From an uncultured Polyangiaceae bacterium (GTDB lineage: Bacteria; Myxococcota_A; Polyangia; Polyangiales; Houyiibacteriaceae), in the NCBI GenBank assembly GCA_964195565.1, contig CAXMRN010000063.1, positions 47,701-111,700 of the forward strand: DNA of 64,000 nucleotides, in the 5' to 3' direction. Below are positions 31,177-40,076 of this stretch, one piece after another. The translations under genes were made by a program, and so were the position numbers. The notes beneath the pieces are model-generated. The model searched no databases. It was not told where the DNA came from and saw only the letters and a program-made list of their open reading frames with translations. The first letter of the stretch is position 1. Every line of letters starts with the position of its first letter.

Positions 31177-31192
31177 AAAACGGCGTTGTGGG

Positions 31193-32512
31193 GTGCTACG
31201 TTCGGCCGCCGTGAGCCATCGAGCACAAGACTCTGCGGCATCCAGCCCGCGTGCCCGTTGGGCGCTGACCGTCCTGCTGCTGGCCTACGTCCTTTCGTTC
31301 ATCGATCGCAACGTCATGGCGATCCTCGTTGGGCCTATTCGTAGGTCGTTCGATATCACGGACTTTCAGTACGGATTGCTGCACGGGCTAGCTTTCACCG
31401 TCTTCTACACGTTTCTGGGTCTCCCGATCGGCCGCCTTGCGGATAGCAAGAATCGCCGGGCGATCATCGGCGTGGGTGTGTTGTTCTGGTCGGTGATGAC
31501 TTGCGCGTGCGGCCTGGTGCGGAGCCTCGGCGGCCTGTTCGTTGCTCGCATGGGCGTCGGCCTCGGTGAGGCTGCGTTGTCCCCGCCGGCGCACTCGCTC
31601 TTGAGTGATCTCTTTCCAGCGAAGCTACTCCCGCGCGCCATGTCGATATTCACACTTGGAATCACCATCGGCGGTGGCATGGCATACATGATCGGCGGCT
31701 GGGTGTTGGGCGCCCTCGGCGACGCCGAACTATCTCTACCGATGCTCGGTTCGCTCGAACCCTGGCAGCTCACCTTCATCCTGGTGGGGCTGCCCGGTTT
31801 TGCGGTCGGCTCGCTGGTCTGGACGATTCGCGAGCCCAAGCGTCGCGGCCTTGCTCGCTCGGAAGGGGAGGGGGTGCCGGTTCGCGAGGTGATCGGCTAC
31901 TTCCGCACCCATGCGCGGCTTTACGGATCGATCCTAGGCAGTGTCTCGATGTTGTCAGTCCTCGGGTACGGTACGATCACTTGGTACGTCGAGATGCTGA
32001 TTCGCAACTACGGCGCCGAGGCAAGCGTAGTGGGTCCGAAGTTTGGTTGGATCTTCATCATTGCTGGGAGCGCGGGCGCGCTGAGCGGAGGGCTTTTGGC
32101 GGAGCGAATGGGCCGTCGATACGAAGACGCCAACCTGCGCGTCGTTGTCGTAGCGGCGTTGCTGTGGCTCGGACCCGGCATCCTCGGGCCGCTGATGCCC
32201 ACAGAACGAGGTGCGCTGCTCATGGCCGCCCCGATACTCTTCTTGATGAGTAGCTATTTCGGGCCGGCGATTGCGGCGTTGCAGACGTCGACGCCGAACG
32301 AGATGCGCGCACTGGCTTCGGCGCTTCTGCTGTTCGCGGCGAACCTATTCGGGCTGGGACTCGGACCCCCGTTGGTCGGGGCGTTGACCACCCACGTTCT
32401 CGGTGGCGACCAGACGCTGCACCTCGCGCTCGCCGGCCTCTCGGCGGTCTTCGCACCGTTGGCCGCGATCATGGGCGCTTGGGGATTACAGGGACACTCT
32501 CCACCCCCCTAA
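31193..32512 (+). CDS. MFS transporter
   Basis: The 439-aa product has 12-TM character and the MFS motif GRLADSKNRR. Its last codons lie inside repeat unit B-left. Confidence 0.8.
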   Translation: MLRSAAVSHRAQDSAASSPRARWALTVLLLAYVLSFIDRNVMAILVGPIRRSFDITDFQYGLLHGLAFTVFYTFLGLPIGRLADSKNRRAIIGVGVLFWSVMTCACGLVRSLGGLFVARMGVGLGEAALSPPAHSLLSDLFPAKLLPRAMSIFTLGITIGGGMAYMIGGWVLGALGDAELSLPMLGSLEPWQLTFILVGLPGFAVGSLVWTIREPKRRGLARSEGEGVPVREVIGYFRTHARLYGSILGSVSMLSVLGYGTITWYVEMLIRNYGAEASVVGPKFGWIFIIAGSAGALSGGLLAERMGRRYEDANLRVVVVAALLWLGPGILGPLMPTERGALLMAAPILFLMSSYFGPAIAALQTSTPNEMRALASALLLFAANLFGLGLGPPLVGALTTHVLGGDQTLHLALAGLSAVFAPLAAIMGAWGLQGHSPPP

Positions 32513-32631
32513 CCACTCGAATTGGCACCGCTTCTCCGGCAAAGATCGCAGCGTGCAATACCAGCGCCGCTGCGATCTTTGCCGCAGAAGTGGCGTGGTT
32601 TCGCGGGGTTGGGTACCCGGAGAGTGTCCCC
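32491..32631. repeat. Head-to-head dimer of the 63-nt repeat unit (B-left 32491-32553, B-right 32568-32630 inverted)
   Basis: The outer arms are GGGACACTCTCC and GGAGAGTGTCCC. The perfect 17-bp inner inverted repeat is CGGCAAAGATCGCAGCG / CGCTGCGATCTTTGCCG, separated by 14 nt. The dimer fills the MFS/dam convergent junction exactly. Confidence 0.75.
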
Positions 32632-33510
32632 TTAGTAGTTGCGGGCTATTATTTCGGTTACTTTGCCGCGTTTTTTTGGGTCGCAGTTGATGGCTCGGGG
32701 GGCGGCTACTGTGGCGATGTTGAAGTCTTTGTAGAGCTCTCGGGTGAAGGGGACGTCGCTGTTGGAGAGCATGAGCTTGCAGCCGCGGCGGTCGAGGGCT
32801 TTGTAGACGTCGCGTAGGCGGGTTTGGTCTTCTTGGGAGAAGCCGTCTCGGGCGTACGCGGTGAAGCTAGCGGTTTGGGAGACCGGCTCGTAGGGCGGAT
32901 CGAAGTAGACGAAGTCGCCGGGCTTCGCGTTCTCGAGCAGTGCGTCGAACGGCGCGCACCTCAGTTGGGCGTCTCGTAGTGCGAGGCTTGCCGCGCGCAG
33001 ACCGTCCTCGTTCAGAATCCGGGGATTCTTGTACGACCCGACCGGTACGTTGAACTCGCCTTTGCGGTTCACCCGGTGCAACCCGTTGAAGCAGGTCTTG
33101 TTGAGGTAGATGAACATCGCTGCACGCTTCGAGACGGAGACCCGCCGACCTTGGTTGTAGCGTTCGCGGACTTGATAGTAGCTTTCCTTCGAGTGGCGGC
33201 CGGCCAGTCCGCGCAGCGCCACGATCACTCGACCGACGTCGTCGCGGATCGCGGAGTAGGCTGCCACGAGAGTCGGATTGATGTCCGTCAGCAGCGCTCG
33301 CCCTGGGCGGCGCGAAAAAAAGAGCGCGCCGCCGCCGACGAATGGCTCGACGTGGCGCATGTGCTCTACCCCTGAAGGGAGCAGCGGTCGCAGTTGGCTG
33401 AGCAATCGGCCCTTTCCCCCCACCCACTTCACAAAGGGGGCTGCCTCCCGTGGCTGTTGCTCTAGCCTCACCGCGACCGCTGCAGATGTCGTCATGTGTA
33501 GTATGATCAC
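32632..33510 (-). CDS. dam: Dam-family (D12 class) N6-adenine DNA methyltransferase (orphan)
   Basis: Supporting motifs are FVKWVGGKGRLL and FVYFDPPY. An alternative ATG start lies at 33495. Confidence 0.85.
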   Translation of the reverse strand: MIILHMTTSAAVAVRLEQQPREAAPFVKWVGGKGRLLSQLRPLLPSGVEHMRHVEPFVGGGALFFSRRPGRALLTDINPTLVAAYSAIRDDVGRVIVALRGLAGRHSKESYYQVRERYNQGRRVSVSKRAAMFIYLNKTCFNGLHRVNRKGEFNVPVGSYKNPRILNEDGLRAASLALRDAQLRCAPFDALLENAKPGDFVYFDPPYEPVSQTASFTAYARDGFSQEDQTRLRDVYKALDRRGCKLMLSNSDVPFTRELYKDFNIATVAAPRAINCDPKKRGKVTEIIARNY

Positions 33511-33588
33511 CTACACAAGCCGCAAAGCGCAAAATCACGGCGTTAGCAGGGCGAATTCCGACCTGGTTTCGGTTGGTTGCGGCTGCGC

Positions 33589-34866
33589 CTATTCGGCGTC
33601 GGCAACCATGGTGCGGAGCCGATCGATGGCCTGTTCGAGCACCGGCATCGGTGGGCCGAACGAGAAACGCATGTGCTCGACGAAGCGCGAGGGCCGTCCC
33701 GTTCGGCGCTTGCCGGGGTTCACGTCGAAGAAGTGCCCGGGGACGCAAATGACCTGGCGGTCGAGAGCCGCCTTGAAGAAGTCGTCGCTGTTGCGGAGCG
33801 ACGGCGGGAGGCCGCTCAGGTCACCCCACGCGTAGAAAGTGCCCTGTGGCTCGAGGTCAAAGCGCACGCCGATGTCCCGCAGGTTCTTCACCAAGAAGGC
33901 TCGCTTCTTCTCGAACTCGGTTTGGATGGCCTGCGTTTCGGCGAGCGTCGGCTCTTTCTGGACGAGGTCGATGGCGGCGCGCTGCATGGGGGCAGCCCCG
34001 CCGCCGTCGAGGAACGAGCCGGCACTTGCCGCCGACTCGATGACTCGCTTCGGTCCCACGATCCAGCTCACTCGGAACCCGGGGTAGCGCCAGTTCTTGG
34101 TGAGGCCGTCGAACACGACGACCGGATCCTTGTCCACGTCCTCTACGTATTGCGCGGCGCTGACGACCGATTGGTCCCCGGACCAGACGTAGTGCGAATA
34201 GAACTCGTCGAGCAGAAGCGCGCAGTTCAAGTCCCGTGCGGTCTCGACCCAGCTCGCCAAGGTGTCGCCCTGGACGGCCTTGCCCGTGGGGTTGCAGGGG
34301 TTGCTAGCCAAGATGGCACTCAGGCCTCGGCCGAGGATCTCTTCTTCGAGCTGTTCGCGGCTGAACTCGTAGCCTTGTTTCGGATCGAGCAAGATCGGGA
34401 TGGGCAAGAAGCGTCGGAAGACGTCGAGGAGCTCCTCGTACGCCGTGTAATCCGGTAGAAAGTGCCCGAGATGAATCGGCGCGATCGCGGCGCAGGCGCG
34501 CATGACGGCCACGCGACCACCGCCCGCAATGCACACGTTCTCGGCGGAGTACCGTGACTTCATCCCGCGGCGGAAGAGGTTGTTGTAGAGCCCAGCCACC
34601 GCCTCGCGCAGCTCCCACAGGCCAGCGACGGGCGCGTAGTCGAGGTCGCCGGTTTGGACGGGGATGTTCGTCACGCGTGCCGGCGCACCCGGAAGGTGGC
34701 CCGTGTCGGGCTGGCCTTGCCCCAGATTGCACCAGCCCGGCGCGTCTAGGCTGAAACCGCGTTTCTGTGCCTCGACCGTGACGTAAATGACGCCGGTGCG
34801 CGGAACCGGCCGAAAGGCAGCCACCTCCGCGATGTCGTTCAAGGGACTGGAATCGGGTGGACTCAA
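33589..34866 (-). CDS. Class I/II PLP-dependent aminotransferase
   Basis: The product is 425 aa. The PLP-lysine context LTKNWRYPGFRVSW is present. The start codon is TTG. Confidence 0.8.
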   Translation of the reverse strand: MSPPDSSPLNDIAEVAAFRPVPRTGVIYVTVEAQKRGFSLDAPGWCNLGQGQPDTGHLPGAPARVTNIPVQTGDLDYAPVAGLWELREAVAGLYNNLFRRGMKSRYSAENVCIAGGGRVAVMRACAAIAPIHLGHFLPDYTAYEELLDVFRRFLPIPILLDPKQGYEFSREQLEEEILGRGLSAILASNPCNPTGKAVQGDTLASWVETARDLNCALLLDEFYSHYVWSGDQSVVSAAQYVEDVDKDPVVVFDGLTKNWRYPGFRVSWIVGPKRVIESAASAGSFLDGGGAAPMQRAAIDLVQKEPTLAETQAIQTEFEKKRAFLVKNLRDIGVRFDLEPQGTFYAWGDLSGLPPSLRNSDDFFKAALDRQVICVPGHFFDVNPGKRRTGRPSRFVEHMRFSFGPPMPVLEQAIDRLRTMVADAE

Positions 34867-34914
34867 AGCAGCGCGACTCTAGCAGAAGTCTCGAAATGGG
34901 ATAGCCTTGGTGCC

Positions 34915-35661
34915 ATGGACGTCCTGCGCATCGAGGAGCTGATGGTCGACTGTGTCGTCGGGGTGTACCCGCACGAGCGCAACACCTCTCAGCCGCTCCG
35001 CGTCGACGTCGAGATGCGGCTCGACACCGAAACGTCCGCGGTCAAGGAGAGCTTGCGTTCCACCATCGACTACGCGGCGACCGCGTCGCAACTGGTGTTC
35101 CTGCTGCGGAGTTGCCGCTTCCGCCTTCTCGAGACCGCCGGCCACGTGCTCGCGCGTTATCTTCTTGCGCCTCCGGCTCCTGACGAGCGCCGCGCTCGAG
35201 TCGAGTCGGCCGTAGTGCGCCTCACCAAGCCCGGCGCGCTTCGCGGGCTTGCGGTCCCCTCGCTCGAAGTCGAGCGCAAGGCCACATGGTGCGAATTCGA
35301 AGTCGAGACCAAGCCGTTTGGAACCGTCGATGTAATCTACGAGACCAAGGGCGCCGGCATCTATCGGCTCAACCTGGCCCCGGGCCGGAGCATCCCGCTT
35401 CACATGCATCGTGAGATGCGAGAGTCGGAAATGGTGTTGGGGGAAGGGCTCATGTGCCAGGGGCAACCGTGCCCGCCGGGCACCGTGCACCGATGGCCCC
35501 GAGGCGCCGCGCACACCTACACGAACCCAACCGAGCGACACCAGACGATCCTCTGCGTCGACTTGCCGCGCTTCATTCCTGAGGACGAAATCGAGATCAC
35601 GGGAGAGCCTGCGGACGTTCCCGCAGAGCCCCCGTGGGGCCCGATCGCAGGGTTGGGTTGA
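34915..35661 (+). CDS. Dihydroneopterin aldolase/epimerase-like (FolB/FolX fold) domain fused to a C-terminal cupin
   Basis: The N-terminus reads LRIEELMVDCVVGVYPHERNTSQPLRVDVEM...TIDYA. The C-terminal cupin carries PLHMHREMRESEMVLGE...HTYTNP. Confidence 0.7.
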   Translation: MDVLRIEELMVDCVVGVYPHERNTSQPLRVDVEMRLDTETSAVKESLRSTIDYAATASQLVFLLRSCRFRLLETAGHVLARYLLAPPAPDERRARVESAVVRLTKPGALRGLAVPSLEVERKATWCEFEVETKPFGTVDVIYETKGAGIYRLNLAPGRSIPLHMHREMRESEMVLGEGLMCQGQPCPPGTVHRWPRGAAHTYTNPTERHQTILCVDLPRFIPEDEIEITGEPADVPAEPPWGPIAGLG

Positions 35662-35662
35662 G

Positions 35663-36436
35663 ATGACGGTTTCAGAAGGAACGGTCATCGTGACCGGCGC
35701 GACGCGCGGGATAGGGCGCGCGACGGTCGCGGCGATTCTGGCGCGTGGTGGCAGAGTGGTCGCGCTCGCTCGCGACGAGGAAGCGCTGGCGATGCTCGAG
35801 GCTTCCGAGCCGAGCCGGATTCGAGTGGTCGCGGCCGACCTTTTGGAGGTTGCACGTGTCCCCGACGCGGCCAGGCGCGCCATCGAGGCATTTGGTGCCG
35901 TGGATGGTTTGGTGAACTGCGCGGGCGTGGCCCGCTATGAGCCGATCGTCGCCGCCGGTCTCGAGTCGATCGAGGCCCAGCTTCGCGTCAACCTCGTTGC
36001 CCCGCTTCTCTTGTCGCAGGAGGTCGCGAAACATCTTCGCGGGCGTGAGGGGGCGATCGTGAATGTGTCGAGCACGTTGTCCGAGCGCGTCGCGCAGAGC
36101 ACCGTCGTGTATGCGGCCACAAAAGCGGCCCTCAATACGCTCACGAAGGGTTTGGCCCTCGAGCTTGCGCCGGCCGGCGTACGGGTGAACGCGGTGCTGC
36201 CAGGTGGCGTGGACACCGACATGCTGCGAGCGCCGCGCATGCTCCCCGGGGAGTCCCTCACCGCGGCGGAGATCGAGCAGCGAGTCGCTTCTCAGCTTGA
36301 GGCATTGGCTGCGTTGCACCCGCTCGGGCGACTAGGAAAACCAGAGGAAGTCGCTGCGGTCATCGTCCAGGTGCTCGATCAAACTTGGCAGACCGGGAGC
36401 TTGGTCACCATCGATGGGGGCCTGTCGGTCGCCTAG
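35663..36436 (+). CDS. Classical short-chain dehydrogenase/reductase
   Basis: Track ORF 35411.. is trimmed to the ATG 1 nt after the upstream stop. The TGATRGIGRA and YAATKAAL motifs are present. Confidence 0.85.
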   Translation: MTVSEGTVIVTGATRGIGRATVAAILARGGRVVALARDEEALAMLEASEPSRIRVVAADLLEVARVPDAARRAIEAFGAVDGLVNCAGVARYEPIVAAGLESIEAQLRVNLVAPLLLSQEVAKHLRGREGAIVNVSSTLSERVAQSTVVYAATKAALNTLTKGLALELAPAGVRVNAVLPGGVDTDMLRAPRMLPGESLTAAEIEQRVASQLEALAALHPLGRLGKPEEVAAVIVQVLDQTWQTGSLVTIDGGLSVA

Positions 36437-36476
36437 GCTTGAAGGCCCGGGTGTTTTCACACACACTCCGCCGAAC

Positions 36477-37016
36477 GTGGCTCGAACCCAGAAGGTCGTA
36501 CTCGATGCGGACGCTATCCAACGGAGCATTCGCCGCATTGCCGTCGCGATCCTCGAAGCGACCTCGGGCATCGAGGACCTGACGCTGGTCGGCATTCGCC
36601 GCGGCGGGGTCTCTCTCTCGAATCGCATCGCAGACGAGATCGCCAAGGTCGAGGGCAGGCCACCCCCGGTCGGAACGGTGGACATCTCGCTCTACCGCGA
36701 CGACGCCGCCACCGCGCTCCCCAACCCCAAAATCGGCCCGAGCGACATTCCTTTCGATGTGAGCGGCCGTCACGTGGTGCTCATCGACGATGTTCTCCAC
36801 ACGGGGCGCACCGTGCGGGCAGCCATCGAATGCCTTCAAGACCACGGCCGCCCCGCGCGGATCTGGTTCGCGGCACTTTGCGATCGCGGAGGCCGTGAGC
36901 TTCCCATCGCGCCGGATTTCATCGGTCGAACCATCGAAGTCGAAGACGGCGCCCGGCTGGACGTATGGGTCGACGCGGCAGGGCCCGACCGCGCGGTGGT
37001 GACGGAGGCCGGCTGA
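36477..37016 (+). CDS. pyrR: PyrR (pyr operon regulator / uracil phosphoribosyltransferase)
   Basis: I chose the GTG at 36477, giving 179 aa. The PRPP motif [13 protein letters not shown] is present. Confidence 0.85.
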   Translation: MARTQKVVLDADAIQRSIRRIAVAILEATSGIEDLTLVGIRRGGVSLSNRIADEIAKVEGRPPPVGTVDISLYRDDAATALPNPKIGPSDIPFDVSGRHVVLIDDVLHTGRTVRAAIECLQDHGRPARIWFAALCDRGGRELPIAPDFIGRTIEVEDGARLDVWVDAAGPDRAVVTEAG

Positions 37017-37969
37017 TGGAGGCATTCGCCCACCGGAGCCTCCTCGACATCGAAGGGCTCACCCGTGTTGACGTCGAGCGAATCCTCGACACCGCGGAGG
37101 CGTTCCTCGAAGTTTCGCGACGGCCGGTGCGCAAGGTGCCCACACTTCGAGGAAAGACGGTCATCAACCTCTTCTACGAGGCTTCCACGCGGACCCGGAC
37201 TTCGTTCGAGCTTGCGGGCAAGCGCCTCAGTGCCGACGTCATTAACATGAGCGTGTCCGCGTCGAGCGTGAAAAAGGGCGAGACTCTTCAGGATACCTGC
37301 CGAACGCTCGAGGCGATGCACCCCGACGTCATCGTCATCCGACACGATGCGTCCGGTGCGCCGAGCTACGTGGCCTCGAAGATCAGCTGCAGCGTCATCA
37401 ACGCAGGCGACGGGATGCACGCGCACCCGACGCAGGCCCTCCTGGACGCGTTTACGATTCGACGCGAGAAGGGGACGCTCGAGAACCTGGTCGTCACCAT
37501 CGTGGGTGACATCGCGCACTCCCGTGTCGCACGCTCCAACGCCCACCTGTTGAACCTGTTCGGGTGCGAAGTTCGAGTGGTCGGTCCGCGCACGCTGTTG
37601 CCAGCAGCGGTCGATTCTCTCGGCGTGCGGGTGTTCGACCAACTCGATGAGGCGCTCGACGGCGCGGATGTCGTCATGGTCTTGCGGATTCAAAGAGAGC
37701 GCCTCGAAGGGGCGCTCCTGCCGAGTCTTCGCGAATACGCGCGGACGTATGGGATCGGCCCGGCCACACTCGCCCTCGCGAAGCCCGATGCGATCGTCAT
37801 GCACCCGGGGCCCATGAACCGCGGCATCGAGATCGAGAACGTCGTCGCCGACGGCGAGCGGAGCGTGGTCCTCGAGCAGGTCGAGGCGGGCGTTGCGGTG
37901 CGGATGGCGCTCCTCTACCTGCTCGCAGGCGAAACCACCGAGGCGCCGGCCGTCGGCGAAGTCGATTGA
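37016..37969 (+). CDS. pyrB: Aspartate carbamoyltransferase catalytic subunit
   Basis: The ATG overlaps the pyrR stop. Supporting motifs are [17 protein letters not shown] and HPGPMNRG. Confidence 0.9.
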   Translation: MEAFAHRSLLDIEGLTRVDVERILDTAEAFLEVSRRPVRKVPTLRGKTVINLFYEASTRTRTSFELAGKRLSADVINMSVSASSVKKGETLQDTCRTLEAMHPDVIVIRHDASGAPSYVASKISCSVINAGDGMHAHPTQALLDAFTIRREKGTLENLVVTIVGDIAHSRVARSNAHLLNLFGCEVRVVGPRTLLPAAVDSLGVRVFDQLDEALDGADVVMVLRIQRERLEGALLPSLREYARTYGIGPATLALAKPDAIVMHPGPMNRGIEIENVVADGERSVVLEQVEAGVAVRMALLYLLAGETTEAPAVGEVD

Positions 37970-39138
37970 CCGGCGTTCGCACGGGTCTCGACCGGATAGG
38001 TGACGGCGAGCCGGCCGCGGTCCGTCTGGTGAGAGGGCGCGACGTGGGGTTGCTGGCGCACTCGGCTAGCGTCGATCGTTCCCTTCGCCCGGCGGCTTCG
38101 GTCTTGCGACAGGCGGGCGCGAATGTCTGTGCGCTTTTTGGTCCGGAGCACGGGTTTGCTGGCGCTGCCCAGGACATGGTCGGTGTCGGGAGCCACGACG
38201 CAGAGGTTCCGATCTACTCTCTCTATGGTGACGACCCGCAAGACTTGAGCCCCAAGCCAGAGTGGCTGCGCGGCCTCGATGCGATCGTGATCGACCTGCA
38301 AGACGTCGGTTCTCGCTACTACACCTACGTCTGGACTGCCGCCCTCACGATGAAGGTCGCCGCTTCGGTCGGGACCGAGGTCGTGCTCCTCGATCGTCCC
38401 AACCCCCTCGGCGGCTCCCGCGTCGAAGGCGCGCCACAGCGCGATGGCTATCTCTCGTTTGTGGGATTGTATCCGATCGCCGTGCGGCACGGCCTGACGA
38501 TCGCAGAGCTCATGGGATGGGTTTGCGACCGAGAACGCATCGACCGCGATGTCCTCCAGGTCGTGGAGTTGGACGGGTGGGCGCGTGCCATGGAGTGGCG
38601 AGACACCGGCCTTCCCTGGGTGATGCCATCCCCAAACATGCCCACACTCGACACCGCGCAGGTGTATCCGGGTGGATGCCTCGTCGAGGGGACCAAGCTC
38701 TCCGAAGGGCGGGGGACGACGAGGCCGTTCGAGCTCTGGGGGGCGCCCGACCTCGACGTGAGCTCTTTGTTGGCGCTCGATCTACACGGCGTCTCGCTGA
38801 GGCCCGTCGAGTTCACGCCGACATTCCAAAAGCATGCGGGGCGAGTTTGCTCCGGCGTGCAGCTGCACGTCACGGACCCGTGGGTGTTTCGCCCCTACGA
38901 CGCCTATCTTCGAATGCTCGCTGCGGTGCTTCCATCGGTGGCCCTCGAGGCGCGCTGGCGGACGGAAGTCTATGAGTACGTGTCCGATCGCCCCGCGATC
39001 GACCTGCTCACCGGCGGTCCCGAGTTTCGCAACTCCGTGGACGCGGGCGCATCGGTCGCAGAGGTGCTTGCGGAGGAGGCGCGCGGCGCAGCGAGGTTCG
39101 AAGACGAGCGCCGTTCGGCGTGGATCTACGAGAAGTGA
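37966..39138 (+). CDS. DUF1343 family protein (NamZ-like exo-muramidase family)
   Basis: The TTG start overlaps the pyrB stop. Supporting blocks are [25 protein letters not shown] and MPSPNMP. Confidence 0.75.
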   Translation: MTGVRTGLDRIGDGEPAAVRLVRGRDVGLLAHSASVDRSLRPAASVLRQAGANVCALFGPEHGFAGAAQDMVGVGSHDAEVPIYSLYGDDPQDLSPKPEWLRGLDAIVIDLQDVGSRYYTYVWTAALTMKVAASVGTEVVLLDRPNPLGGSRVEGAPQRDGYLSFVGLYPIAVRHGLTIAELMGWVCDRERIDRDVLQVVELDGWARAMEWRDTGLPWVMPSPNMPTLDTAQVYPGGCLVEGTKLSEGRGTTRPFELWGAPDLDVSSLLALDLHGVSLRPVEFTPTFQKHAGRVCSGVQLHVTDPWVFRPYDAYLRMLAAVLPSVALEARWRTEVYEYVSDRPAIDLLTGGPEFRNSVDAGASVAEVLAEEARGAARFEDERRSAWIYEK

Positions 39139-40076
39139 CGGAATCCCGTTTGGTCGAGCTCGATCGGCCGACCGGCCTCGTCGAGCACCCGAACGCCGGA
39201 GCCGTCGGTGACCTCTCCGATTTTGGTTCCTAGCGATTCTGCCTCGGAGGATTCGGGTGCGGTGAACAGCAGCTCGTAGTCTTCGCCGCCGGTCAGCGCG
39301 AGCGTGGTGGAATCGAGGCCCAGCGCCTCGCATGCGCCACGGTATCCCGATGCGCTTGGGAGCGCGTTGGCGTGCAGGGTCGCGCCGACGTTCGACGCGG
39401 CGCACAAGTGTTGAAGGTCTTGGGCGCAGCCATCAGAGACGTCGACAGCCGCGGTGGCGAGGTCGGCAATGCCTTGGGCCGCCTGACCGTTTATCGGGGG
39501 CCGCCGCCACCGTTCGACGAAAGCTGAAGCGTGACTCGACTCTTCCGCCTCGCGCTGAAGGATGGCCAAACCAAGCGCGGCCGAACCCAAGGTCCCAGTC
39601 ACGTACACCGCATCGCCAGGCCGGGCGCCAGCGCGCGTGACGGACTTTGCGATCGGCAAGCCAAAGACGGTCGTGGTCACAGTCAGAGACGGGCCCTGGC
39701 TCAGGTTTCCGCCGACGACTCGTCCCCCGGTGCGGCGCGCGGCCTCCGCGAGTCCCTCGATCAACTCGCGGAAGGCTTCATCCGGCAAATCCTTCGGGAG
39801 CGTGAGGGCGACGACGGAGGCGCTCGGCATCGCGGCCATGGCCCAGACGTCGCTGGTCGCCGCGACCATCGCACGGTACCCGAGGTCCCGACACGAGATC
39901 AGGTCGCGCGTGAAATGAACACCCTCGACCTGAGTGTCGACAGTGACGATGGTTGGCCGGTCGCCGAAGTCGATCACCGCTGCGTCGTCGCCAATTCCGA
40001 CGAGCACCTTCTCCGCGTCGCCGTCGAGATCGAAGCGGCTCTTCAACCAGTCGATCTTGGCAAACTCATCACGCAT
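39126..40076 (-). CDS. thiL: Thiamine-monophosphate kinase
   Basis: The product has an AIR-synthase-like fold (IGDDAAVI...VTVDTQVEGVHF). The start overlaps the histidine kinase stop by 8 nt. Confidence 0.85.
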   Translation of the reverse strand: MRDEFAKIDWLKSRFDLDGDAEKVLVGIGDDAAVIDFGDRPTIVTVDTQVEGVHFTRDLISCRDLGYRAMVAATSDVWAMAAMPSASVVALTLPKDLPDEAFRELIEGLAEAARRTGGRVVGGNLSQGPSLTVTTTVFGLPIAKSVTRAGARPGDAVYVTGTLGSAALGLAILQREAEESSHASAFVERWRRPPINGQAAQGIADLATAAVDVSDGCAQDLQHLCAASNVGATLHANALPSASGYRGACEALGLDSTTLALTGGEDYELLFTAPESSEAESLGTKIGEVTDGSGVRVLDEAGRPIELDQTGFRHFS

